Counted from the first letter of the stretch, positions 52,157 through 64,000 are shown. The stretch is DNA of 64,000 nucleotides from Octopus sinensis (GCF_006345805.1 NC_042999.1:38626001-38690000), one strand, 5' to 3'. The notes: a model not told the origin generated them from the letters alone. Made by a program: numbers and translations.

Positions 52157-52372
52157 TACTCTTTTACTCTTACACTCTTTTACTTGTTTCAGTCATTTCA
52201 CTGTGGCCTAGCTGGAACACCGCCTTTAGTCGACCAAATCCACCCCAGGACTTATTCTTTGTAGGCCTAGTACTTATTCTATCGGTCTATTTTGCCGAAC
52301 CGCTAAGATACGGGGACGTAAACACACCACCATCTGTTGTCAAGCGATGTTGGGGGACAAACACATACTGAA

Positions 52373-52411
<39 letters not shown>

Positions 52412-52429
52412 CATATATATACATATATA

Positions 52430-52470
<41 letters not shown>

Positions 52471-52627
52471 ACGGGCTTCTTTCAGTTTCCGTCTACAAAA
52501 ATCCACACATAAGGCTTTGGTCGGCCAGAGGCTATAGTAGAAGACACTTGCCCAAGGTGCCACTCAGTGGGACTGAACCGGGACCCATGTGGTTCGTAAG
52601 TAAGCTACTTACCATACAGCCACTCCC
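52157..52627 (-). mobile_element. SINE family A, full length
   Basis: Head gggagtggctgtatggtaagtagcttac...gggttcagtcccactgagtggcaccttgggcaagtgtcttc; internal (TA)n(TG)n; (aagagta)n tail. Confidence 0.92.
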
Positions 52628-53229
52628 CTCTATAATTTGTATGTGGTAAATAGGTTTCGATGGTGAGCTGCAAAATAGTTAAATGACAAATTTTCAAACA
52701 TTGTCATTTACAAACCAAGCTGTCTCGATTCTTAGTTAACGTTCTGAATTACTAGCACGATAAATATGTATGTAGCGTAAGCTTTGGATAATTTAAAGAG
52801 AATTTCGGCAAATAAAATCAATACAATTATTTAAGATAAATTACATTAGCATTAACATCAATAAACGAAAAATATATGTATACTTATTTTTTTACATCTA
52901 GACCTGATTTAGAGAAACATGACAAAATATCGACAACAGCAAAATATAAGAGTAAAAATATTTCAAGTATCTACATAAAACCACATATGCTGAATGCCAG
53001 TAATTGTAGTATTTTATAGAAACTAATGGAACACGAGATATATTTTCTATTTGTCCCTAGCGGAGAAGCAGCCTCCAACAAGTATAAGTAGACACTACAA
53101 AACATTCCAATTTCAGTTGCAAAATTTTAGCTGTATATTGAACGATAATTTTGACTTAGCATTATATCCCGAATGATAGTTCAATGACAATGAAATACTT
53201 CATAGCAAGAGGCCATTATTTAAAGAATT

Positions 53230-53470
53230 CTTTTATTCTTTTATTTGGTTTTGCCATTTGACTGCAGCCACGCTGAAGCACAGCCTAGAAGGGTTTTAGT
53301 TGAAGAAATCGATCCCAGGACTTATTCTTTGTAAGCCGAGGATATATTCTATCGGTCACTTTTGCTGAACCACTAAATTACGGGGACATAAATATACGAG
53401 CATCAGTTGTCCAGAGATGGCGGGGGGACAAACACAGACACACAACCATAAATATATTCATACATATATA
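53230..53470 (-). mobile_element. SINE family A, 3' half
   Basis: ccatttgactgcagccacgctg...cccaggacttattctttgtaagcc...ttctatcggtc...tacggggac. Confidence 0.85.
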
Positions 53471-53541
53471 TGTTCGTTTCGCGCCGAATCAGTTGCAGTG
53501 CAGACTTCAACGTGACGGGTTGGGGCTTTCCATCATAGTAA

Positions 53542-53594
53542 CGCGTACTGAGGAAGGTAAGGCTATTATAACAGGCCAGAAACCGGTCTACGTG
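53542..53594 (+). ncRNA. Minimal type I hammerhead ribozyme-like motif
   Basis: CGCGTA-CTGAGGA-AGG...GCCA-GAAA-CCG-GTC-TACGTG: 6-bp stem I, ACCGGT palindromic stem III, GUC site; A-A mismatch at the base of stem II. Confidence 0.72.
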
Positions 53595-54231
53595 AGTCCA
53601 AATACTTGAATGCATGCTGAGAGATTGTTTTAGCCTGTTTGTCTTCGGACCGTTGATTTCTGTAGTTACTATGAATGTAGTTTGGCGATTTAAATAGGAT
53701 TTTTGACTCCTATTTCCAGCAGGTAAGCATACTCACTATGTTATTTGCTTAATTTTAATCCTTCAGCTATTTATTGCTTTGCTTTGGGCATGCAATCGCC
53801 TATATTATTAATTCTGTTATTATCATATTTAAATTGTTACACTAGATAATAATACAGTCAATGATATCATCAGAAATATTTTCCCATGAAACATTTATTC
53901 TGTATATTAAATATATAAATACACACACATACACACATTACACACACACACACACACGCACACACACACACATACACACACATACACATACACACACACA
54001 CATGCACATACACATATATATACATTTCTGTCATGCGTTTGAGGTTATGCTCAGTATCGCGGTGAATTTGTACGTTTACACATCTTTGTTATTTGGCTGA
54101 TTTCTTCAGGATGGTCGAGCATCATATCGCAACTCCTGTATGTGCCTTTTCCTTGACTGTTGGTCCATTTGGTATGAGGGAATTTGAAGCGCGCACACAT
54201 ACTGACACGCATATATATATGCATATATATA

Positions 54232-54301
<70 letters not shown>

Positions 54302-54309
<8 letters not shown>

Positions 54310-54511
54310 TAAATTAGAGATAAAACCACTATCAGGCAAATCAAACAGTGAAAAACATAAACCAAAACATAAAAATAAAAATAATTTCTAGAGGGTATTG
54401 GAATAGCCTTCAAAGATGAACCCCAAAGTAGCGGTTCTATCTTACCTGTAAATTCCATAACTTACGAAATTAAGATATTACACTCAATAAACGTAATTTA
54501 TCAATATATTC

Positions 54512-54565
<54 letters not shown>

Positions 54566-54682
54566 TTAGGGAGTAAATCCAAAGTTACAGGGAAAAATTA
54601 CATTTAGGATTAAATCTAATTTCACAGTATAAATATAAATTAAATTAGAGATAAAACCACTATCAGGCAAATCAAACAGTGA
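54302..54682. repeat. 50-bp exact direct repeat around an (AAT)n tract; third diverged copy near 51350
   Basis: atataaattaaattagagataaaaccactatcaggcaaatcaaacagtga at 54302-54351 and 54633-54682; (AAT)n at about 54514-54565. Confidence 0.8.
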
Positions 54683-55727
54683 CAAACATAGCGTGTGCGC
54701 GTGTGTGTACATATATATATATATATGTATAAATATGCACATGTGTGTGTGAGTGTGTATATATAAGTGTGTGTGAGTGTGTATGTCGATGTACATATAT
54801 ACATATATGGGTTTGTGTATGTTTGCATGTATATATATATACATACATGCATAAAAAATAAGGGAACAAAAAGAACAGAGAATAAAGGGGAAGTATGACA
54901 GGATTGCCATGTATATGAACTGCAATTTGTGTCACTCTATATAATATTGATTATATACAGAATGATATAGTAAACTTGTTACGACGTCTGTCATTCTACA
55001 CAAGCAGGAAATTTTGCATCAGCCATTCGTTGACTGTTGGTGTCCAAGAATACAAAATATGGCGTATATCTATTTTTGACACTGAAAATTAATTAAAATT
55101 TCCTGCCTCCATGAATGTTATGAATATAATGTGTGTTTATTCCAACTCAATGGAAAATATTATATAAACAAACTCAAAGAGACATATATTATGAAAATAT
55201 TCTTTGACTAGAATTTCTTTTATTCATGATTGTATATGGGTTATTAGCACCTCGGACGATATAGAAAATTTGTCAAAATTTTCAAGCTGCCTTCACTGAT
55301 GAGCAGAAATCATAAATGCTGTATATTTTCTAGACAAAAAGTCAAATTTATTCGTATAGTCAGAGTACATTTTTAGTTACTTATTTTATGAGTTGACAAT
55401 AATATATTTTGTCTGGACAGAATGTAGATTAACGGAAATGAATAATGCAATACATTTCATACGAAGTCTCACGCATCGTTAAACAAACAGCATGTGCATG
55501 CACACAAACACACACATTAACAAACACACAAACATGCCCACTTCGAAACTCACACGCACACACATAGATGTAAATATTTGAACTGATAAGAAGTCTATTT
55601 ATACACACCACTGCTTAGGGCTGCTAACCATACATACTACATACTTAGGTATCATACATACACACACACACGTGCGCGCACACATACACACACATATATA
55701 TATATAGGTACATATATATGTATATAT

Positions 55728-55883
55728 AAAATTTAAAGTACTGACCACTAGATATAAACGTCAAAATCGCTATTTTCCACAAAGAATGTGGAAAATAGCG
55801 ATTTCTTCGTGGAAAATAGCGATTTTGACGTCTATATCTAGCACATTGACCGCCTACTTTTAGTGGTCAGTCCTTTAAATTTT
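55728..55883. repeat. Palindromic ~156-bp island
   Basis: Outer IR aaaatttaaagtactgaccacta/tagtggtcagtcctttaaatttt; inner IR ctagatataaacgtcaaaatcgctattttccac/gtggaaaatagcgattttgacgtctatatctag. Confidence 0.8.
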
Positions 55884-55971
55884 GTATGTAAAAAATATTT
55901 TAATCTTTGGATTTTTTTAATATGCTAGACCACTGGTTTTAATTGATTATTATCAATTTCTACCCTTATTC

Positions 55972-56016
<45 letters not shown>

Positions 56017-56289
56017 GTTACATTACTCGGTAGTCAAGATAAAACTCTGAGTTTCAGATGCCGAAGTGGAAATCCACAACACCATCTCTTCGGTTATCTG
56101 GCTATTTGAAAACGTTATGAAAAAATACCGTTAAAAATGAAGGGAAATTACTCTGTTATAACTCTGCTTTGCCTGCGTACTTATACATCGCTCGCATTTT
56201 TCGTCATAAAAATTATATAAAAATACATAAAAATATATAAAAATATATAAAAATATATAAATTCTTCTTGGGACATAACACAGAAAGCA

Positions 56290-57150
56290 TGTTCTATCCG
56301 TTTTCTTTAGGGGACCAAAAACGTAACAGAAATTTAGTCACATGTGGGCATGATCCGAAAAGCTCTGTCCTTGTATTTAGACATGTGGTAGGGTCTAAGC
56401 TGCTTTTCCAGATAAGCCATCTCTCCATGTCGCATAAACTGCACCTTCCGCTGCCGTTAGTATAGGGCTTACATCTGGCCAAAATCTTCCATTGTATGTT
56501 ATAATCGACACCTTTATCTCTTAAAGACCAAATATGATTGGATAATTGTGTCACTTTTCTTTGTTCCAGTGCCTAAAGCTCAAAGTGTGGTTATTGAACC
56601 TGGCCTTGAAATTACCCTCTGTCAGGCCCACGTATTTCTTCGTCGAAACGGTGTCTTTAGTGGTTATAGAGTTTACGGTAGCTTCATATATGATGGTCTT
56701 GGACATGCAAGCTCCATTTAGCGGGCACAATTCTTTATTCCTGCATGAACAGCTGTTTTCTTCTTGTGTTTTTGTATGTTATGATTGATTATGTTTTTAA
56801 AATTGGTAGTTGAACTAAAACTAATTTTTAAATTGTGTCTATTGAAGAGTTTCCTATAAGCATGGTTAACTGGAAAATGTCTATCTATCAGTGCTAGGAA
56901 ATATTTACCTATATTGAAGGCCACCTCGGGTGAGTAAGGGGGCGTAAACCAGATGACCTTCCTATTTCTATTATTCCTTTTCCTTACTGTTGGGCTAGTG
57001 ATAGGTGTATATTTTATTTTTTCGCTAAAACCACTATCTTTTAAAGCTTTATTATAAACTGGGGCAACGCTATTGAAGATGTCCTCATTAGATGAGAGGC
57101 TAGAAATCCTCTTACTAATATTTTTAACTAAATTTTTGAATTTCCTCTAT
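56290..57150 (-). pseudogene. Penelope-like element RT thumb/linker + GIY-YIG
   Basis: ISKRISSLSSNEDIFNSVAPVYNKALKDSG; RKVIWFTPPYS..VAFNIGKYFLALIDRHFP; CPLNGACMSKTIIYEATV...KKYVGLTEGNFKARFNNHTLSF; TQLSNHIWSLRDKG...RCSLCDMER...LNTRTELFGSCPH; few frameshifts. Confidence 0.9.
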
Positions 57151-57310
57151 TTACATAATATTGAGGTCTCTTTCTTTCTTTTGTTATCTTACCGTTTTAT
57201 CAATATATATATATATATATATATCAACAATCGAGGGTAAAATTAATTAATCAATTTCACCAAGTGTTCAGTATGTAAAAGGACCATTTAAGGCGAATTT
57301 AAAATATTAC

Positions 57311-57409
57311 ATTATATAATTAGGGCTTAGTAAAATAAATTACTTTGCCACATACTGAAGTTCAGTATGTGGTAAAGTAATTTATTTTACTAAGCCCTAA
57401 TTATATAAT
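57311..57409. repeat. Near-perfect palindrome (49-bp arms, 1-nt spacer)
   Basis: attatataattagggcttagtaaaataaattactttgccacatactgaa-g-ttcagtatgtggtaaagtaatttattttactaagccctaattatataat; one mismatch. Confidence 0.92.
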
Positions 57410-57540
57410 ATATATATATATATATAATATATATATATATATATTAATAATATAAGGGTAGCAAAAGAATTCTAGAAAAGATTCTCCGCTACCAGCGGTC
57501 TAGTGAGAAAGAAAAGATATTCAAAGACTATATAATATGC

Positions 57541-57885
57541 ATTCAACAATATAAGGAATGGCCCTGATAGGCCATTCGACTCACTAATAAGAGCAGCCAA
57601 ACTCAAACCGCTAAATAGTTGTAATTCTGAAATTGAAAGAGAAATAAAAACATTTACCCTTTTCATCTCTGGACTATGCACAGTAACACGCCAGTTGTAA
57701 ATAAATTTAATTTAATCTAATTAATTTGTTTACCAAAGTTTGTCGAAACTATGCATAGTCCAGAGGTGAAAATGGTAAATGTTTTTATTTCTTTTTCAAT
57801 TTCAGAATTACAACTATTTAGCGGTTTGAGTTTGGCTGCTCTTTCTAGTGAGTCGAATGGCCTATCAGGGCCATTCCTTATATCG

Positions 57886-57891
<6 letters not shown>
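57541..57891. repeat. 140-bp inverted repeat with ~70-bp spacer, in an island bounded by (TA)n
   Basis: 57541-57680 vs 57752-57891, roughly 90% similar by eye. Confidence 0.88.
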
Positions 57892-57928
<37 letters not shown>

Positions 57929-57999
57929 TGTGTGTGTGTCTATGCATATGCTTCGTAAGATAACAAGGCAACGCCGTTAGTAGTTAAGGTAGGGAGGAA

Positions 58000-59100
58000 G
58001 TGAGATCAGAAAAAATAGAATATAATAAAATGGATGTTCTTTCATGGTTCAATATACTTCAGAAAACGCAATCATTTGTGAGGAAAAAATCCATATTTGT
58101 CGGAATGAATAACCCCAATATGTCTAAGGTACGTTTGGAAATCACCTTCCAGCGATTTCATTCAATGGGGATATTTCAGCCGTAGACTTTACGGAAAACG
58201 TTGAAATTCCTTTTAAAAATTCGGAAGAAAATTCTTTCATGAATATTTGAAGTTGATTGAGAGAGCACCAAATTAAGTAAATGTGCATAATACTGTACAA
58301 ATATTCTGCACCAAAAATATCTTCTATTCTTCCTCGCACTCCGTTCAAATGTCTTACCATCACTCTCCCTCCATCATATGTTTATGCGACGAATTTTTGG
58401 CCACTGTCGAATTCATTAATAAATTTACGAAGTTTTGTCAGCGATGCAGCTTTTCTGTCTTTACTGACATCCGCATGCTCCAGAAGCCTTTCTGTAGGCT
58501 TATTTCTTCTCATCAAATCGCAAAGCGTGTGATAATTCAAATTTCATTCGGTGATCCGTAGTCTTAACGAACATGGCAGCAAATGCTGTCTTTTCGATTA
58601 TTGCCTTAATTTCATCCTCAATTGTAGCAGCTGTACAATGAATGATCGCGTTCCGATATCATTTGAACTTTCAGAAAATGTGCAATTGGCATTTTTCTTC
58701 AGGAAATCTAAATGCAATCTTATATAATCTTTGTATTCCACAACAGCTTCATATATAAATATCGTGTCCTGAATATGTTAATTCCTGTCAGGTCAAAATT
58801 TGAATGCAATGAATATTGCATTTTCAATATATCAAGATTTTTCTCGACTGATCTATTATATTCTTGAATCGAACCTGCTTTCTTCTGATCGATCACCGTA
58901 TCAATTCATGGTCGGGAGAATATTTTCAGAACAATTACACTATTTTCATGATTCCGAGATTACTGTGTTTTCTCAAAAATGTAATGATATTGTACAAATT
59001 ACAGTACCTAATAGTTGTCCACGTCTTTTATGCTGACAAAATAACAGAATACGAAACAAGTTGCGAATTCAGAAGTTGTAGATACCAATATTTGGCCCCG
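58000..59100 (-). pseudogene. Decayed hAT transposase (ZMYM1-like type)
   Basis: FR-GHD; IEDEIKAIIEKTAFAAMFVKTTD...ELSHALRF; ERLLEHAD; FVA*TYDGGRVMVRHLNGVRGRI, matching the hAT DETTD...EQLS..LRY...ERFL and Q.YDGA..M.G..NGV motifs. Confidence 0.6.
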
Positions 59101-59556
59101 ATCTATAATCTATGGCATTCGGGTGATTTCTAACATTCAGCGTCGTCCAGTGAGCTATTTCTGAAGCTATTCTGCAGCAAATAGGTTTATTAATAAAATA
59201 CACTATGTATGTACATCCGATAATATTTCCATCACCGGAGTTTATTTTAATTCATAATTTAATTTAACTTAACTTGCGGTTCGTCATTGCACATATAAAT
59301 ACCGTAGGTGCGTGATATCCATAAGTCATAATAATGTCAAAATAGCGGCATCTACCACATCTGAATTCGGTCCGGGTCGTGTTATCTTGTCTAGTTTATG
59401 ATAATAGGGCGTTTTTAACACTCAGTGTCGTCCAGAGAGATATCTCGCTGCGAATCGGTTTATAACCAAAACACATACACTGTGTATGTGCCATTGATGA
59501 AATATATCTCATCGTTATATGTATATATGTATACATATGTATAATATATATTATTA

Positions 59557-59602
<46 letters not shown>

Positions 59603-60036
59603 TATATGCATATATAGCTGATTTTAAATATGACGCAACATGATGTGAACGCTACGCATCCTTGGATTTCCTGAACTGTATCTATTAAAAGGCCAAGGAA
59701 AATAATTCATCTATAATGGTCGGCTAATATTCTTTTTACTATCTAGCTTTTCCGTCATTTATTTCATTACATAATTCTTCTTTTCCATATTTGAATATCG
59801 TTCTTTCCCTTTATTTAAATTGATATACTATTATACATACATTTATATTTTTCTTTACTTTTTATACGTTGCCGTTATTTGCTTATAATTTTTCCTTTTT
59901 TTTATTTTATGTTATCTTTATTTACATCTATAATTCACTAGCAAATACATACGCATAATAAGATCTAACATCTTACACTTAGTCATTATTCTGCATCCTT
60001 CTAAGTAATCTGTTAACATTTGTACTATAAGTTCAT

Positions 60037-60163
60037 AAAGCCCTGATGATATGCTGCTCCATAAAGTTGAAAATGATGAAAACCTCTTAGAATTTGACCC
60101 TACCCAGATGCTTAGAATTACTAATCACCTAGAGTTATTAATCGAAACATATATGTAGGTTTT
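60037..60163 (+). ncRNA. Type I hammerhead-like motif with long stem II insert
   Basis: AAAGCC-CTGATGA-TAT...ATC-GAAA-CATATATG-TA-GGTTTT: 6-bp stem I, palindromic stem III, GUA site; first stem II pair broken (T60050). Confidence 0.6.
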
Positions 60164-60317
60164 TGGCAACTGTCATTTCATTTCGAGGTTTATAATTTAT
60201 AATTTTATAATTTATTTGTATTGTTTGCATAACAAATCTTCCAACCTCATTATATCATACAAATAAATCATTGTACATCCATAATTCTCCATTTTCTTCC
60301 ATTTATTATTATTATTA

Positions 60318-60385
<68 letters not shown>

Positions 60386-61122
60386 ATATATACATATGTG
60401 TGCGCGTGTGCTTTATTATTATAGATGCAAAATCTCAAATCAAAAGATAACTTTAGCTAGAGGGGAAAACATATATACCAGAGAATATGAATTAATGGTA
60501 GAAAAATCTAATTAAAATAACTGTAAGTCTGTTCATAATAATATTCACTTACAGAAATCTAACAGCATAAACATATAAAAATGTAAACAGACGTCATTCA
60601 CTTATACATGTATAAATATAAACACGTTGTTTACTTATACATTCACACACTAAAGATATATAGATATATATGTACACTAAACATACAAACGTTGATACAT
60701 GCATACGTATACATATACAAACATAAGCAGGCAAACATACACAATCGACAATCCAGTGTGCTTTAGATAAAGCACGCGCCACAAGCCTCCAATAGGATAC
60801 CTATCTAAACTTTAAAAGTGTATACTCACGCGATCAATCGTCGAGATTTTATGGTAGTTGAAAAGACATTAGCGACAATTTCTAATTTAGTAGGTGGCGA
60901 GGTAATTAGCTGAGCCCTTATTATAATTATGCTCATAATTATAGAATATATCGTATATTTACAATTATTCACTATTTCTGGTTATGCATATTTAATATAA
61001 GGGAAATTGTGACAATGTCTCATTCCCTAACTGAAGCGGGTAAATAACAACACGACCGCCTAAACTCCAGATTTTTAGGAATGAATGTACTTGATGTGAC
61101 CCAGACTACAAATCTGATGCGA

Positions 61123-61190
61123 CAAAACCTGATGCACAGCATCCCGCCCATAGGGGGAGTCGCAGGATGGGTTGAAACGACCGTTGTATC
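61123..61190 (+). ncRNA. Degenerate hammerhead-like motif
   Basis: CTGATGC-ACAGCATCC...GGATGGGTT-GAAA-CGACCG-TT; core A9 changed and stem III palindrome broken. Confidence 0.35.
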
Positions 61191-61254
61191 AATACAGAAT
61201 CCATGTTCTGATTGCTAAATCGATTAAGATGTATATACCTGCGTGTATACACAC

Positions 61255-61346
<92 letters not shown>

Positions 61347-61405
61347 GTATACATATATATACATATATATATATATGTATGTATGTATACATATATATAT
61401 ATATA

Positions 61406-61612
61406 TGACGGGAAGTTTTACGAAAATAAACAAAAGACGAAGGCAGGTGGAGTACAAACAAACAAATGTATTAGTACGGCGCTCAGGAATAGAAATAGAA
61501 CAAGTCTTTTACGTTTCGAGCCTACGCTCTTCGACAGAAAGATACACAGAAAAAAACAAGGAGAGAAAAAATGTGTGTAGGAGCTAACGATCTATCATGG
61601 CGTCCTGACTTC
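61406..61612 (-). mobile_element. ~207-bp non-coding mini-element embedded in (TA)n, with hammerhead variant (61505-61542)
   Basis: TCTTT-CTGTCGA-A-GAGC-GTAG-GCTC-GAAA-C-GTA-AAAGA; homologous to 18233-18400 and 44820-44945; pure (TA)n on both sides. Confidence 0.7.
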
Positions 61613-61632
61613 ATATATATATGTATGTATGT

Positions 61633-61689
<57 letters not shown>

Positions 61690-61708
61690 AATATATATAT
61701 ACATATAT

Positions 61709-61742
<34 letters not shown>

Positions 61743-62767
61743 TATGTATATATGAATATATATATGTATACATATATAAGTGTATATATATATATATATA
61801 CATACATACACACACACACATACATACAAATATATATAAATATATATAACAGGTAGGAAACAGGAACAAAATGATATATATGTGATGTAGAAAATACGAA
61901 CAGTTTACATTGTAGATGAGATACTATCACGTCAATCAGATTAGAATATATAAATGAAGAAAAATATACAAAATATTCGCAGCATTTTATATGATCTCCT
62001 TTGAAATATAATGTACAAATCAAATGTAATGTACAACAAAAGTAAATACCCATACAATCAGTTCCCGAATTCAAGAAAAAAAATTAATTAAATATTACGT
62101 GAAACTGGCAAAATATCCGACCATGTAATGTCGTAGTGTAGAAAATAATTATTAACAACGACACAAGTGTCAAGTTATAGCATTGTGAAACAAGGATTTG
62201 TAAAAGTCTCATAAATATCTTATATTCGCTTTACGAATTTGCCTTAGTAATTTGAAAATCTGTTACTAGTGTATTTCTATTTGATTACACTCTACATTAT
62301 ACTAATAGGAAGCAACAGCAATAGAGTTTCAATACTAGCTCCAATATCCTGTACAGATTATATTATGGCTTATTATCAAATTAGACAATTCTTCATTTCG
62401 TAGTTTCTCTTGATAAAGCTTTCTTGACAAAAGACGGCTTTCATTACATTACTTCTGTCAGTGTTATTCCAATTACAATTCATATCTCTAAAAATACCAA
62501 CTATGAAGGTTATTTTGTTCCTTTACATTTCAGTTCTACTCAGCCTTGTTGTTGTATTAGATTATTGTCAATTTATGAATGGACTTAGACGCGAATGCAA
62601 TTACACACACAGACACACAGACAAACACATATAAATACACCCACGTGCATACACACACATGTATACACACAAACATGCGCGCGTGCATTTGTATAGAGGT
62701 TTCGTATATGCAGGTTTCTAAGAATCACAAATACATGCATGTGTATATACATGCATATATATATATA

Positions 62768-63140
62768 CTAGCAGTATCGCCCGGCGTTGCTCAGGTTTGT
62801 AAGGGAAATAACTATAAAGCATTTTTAGAGAGTTATAGCCAAAAATAGCAAAAAAATGGGGAAAAAATGATGGTAAATTTTTTTTGAGAGTTAAAAAAGG
62901 TGGAGTTGCGTCCCCTAGACGGTCTGTGGTTTGGGTTTCTGATTCTCGACCCCATGTCGAATTTATCGATTTTTTTCAGAACTAGGGGAACTTTTCAAAA
63001 TTTTCGCTGCGTTAGTTTTGAATTATGACATTGGGCTATGTGTGTGTCAAGTTTCATCAGAATCGGTTGAAAGCCGTGGTCAGGGTGAGGGTATGAGAAA
63101 CAGACACACAGAAAACGCACAGACAAACTGCCGTTTATAT

Positions 63141-63143
<3 letters not shown>
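62768..63143 (-). mobile_element. Non-autonomous Helitron (~376 bp)
   Basis: Minus strand A|TCTATATAAAC...cctgagcaacgccggg hairpin...atactgCTAG|T. Confidence 0.8.
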
Positions 63144-63185
<42 letters not shown>

Positions 63186-63253
63186 TATATATATATATAT
63201 ATATATACATATATGTATGTATATATATATATATATATTATATATATATATAT

Positions 63254-63303
<50 letters not shown>

Positions 63304-63340
63304 TATATATAATATATATATATATATACATACATACATA

Positions 63341-63394
<54 letters not shown>

Positions 63395-63410
63395 ATATAT
63401 ATACATATAT
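63144..63410. repeat. (TA)n microsatellite
   Basis: Direct reading. Confidence 0.95.
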
Positions 63411-63775
63411 ATACGTGTGCACACGCATACACCTTGTTTGAAACATGCATATATGCAATTGAGAGGGAGACAGAGGGGGAGAGAAAAAGAAAGAAATGGA
63501 GAGAGAAACAGAGACAAAGAGAAATTCTGTGTGCAGTCATAATATGCACTCTTGGAGACTTGGATTTATTAGATTGCATCGCGCATAAAATACATTTTCA
63601 GCTATTCATATTCGGTCAAATATGTTGCAGTGTCATGTTCGAGTGTAATTTGTTTAATGACCAGAGAAGAATGAGGTGTGAAGACGGATATTTATTTGCA
63701 TTTTAGCAGTTTATTGCGTAACATATTAAATTTAGCTGAGACACTTTTACTTTCTATCTGTGTGTTTTTGTATCT

Positions 63776-64000
<225 letters not shown>

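Noticed and set aside
56210-56262. 10-bp AT-rich tandem repeat (aaaatatata)n
   Set aside because: Ordinary low-complexity slippage product.

Overview
AT-rich eukaryotic (metazoan) genomic DNA, almost entirely repetitive. I found no host protein-coding exon, rRNA, true tRNA gene or CRISPR array that I can support. The SINE families, extreme (TA)n/(TG)n density and TE mix resemble an octopod cephalopod genome (inference). Contents: (i) at least three tRNA-derived SINE families, called A, B and C here; family B occurs as monomers with 20-bp TSDs and as 2-3-unit concatemers. (ii) Five RTE-clade LINE fragments, one GC-rich with about 336 open codons. (iii) At least five Penelope-like element (PLE) RT/GIY-YIG fragments, plus many pseudo-LTR-like pieces with inverted-repeat architecture. 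(iv) DNA transposons: a full-length decayed mariner, two internally deleted mariners, two Merlin-like elements with 8-bp TSDs and TTAGGG tracts, a pogo-like MITE and a decayed hAT transposase. (v) Non-autonomous Helitrons. The main signal the ORF track does not explain is about a dozen type I hammerhead-ribozyme-like motifs with palindromic, dimer-type stem III. They sit in short islands between (TA)n tracts. One is essentially perfect (51057-51115), and one mini-element family carries a shared CUGUNGA core variant. Most listed ORFs are microsatellite artefacts. All calls were made by eye, without database searches; boundaries of decayed elements are approximate.
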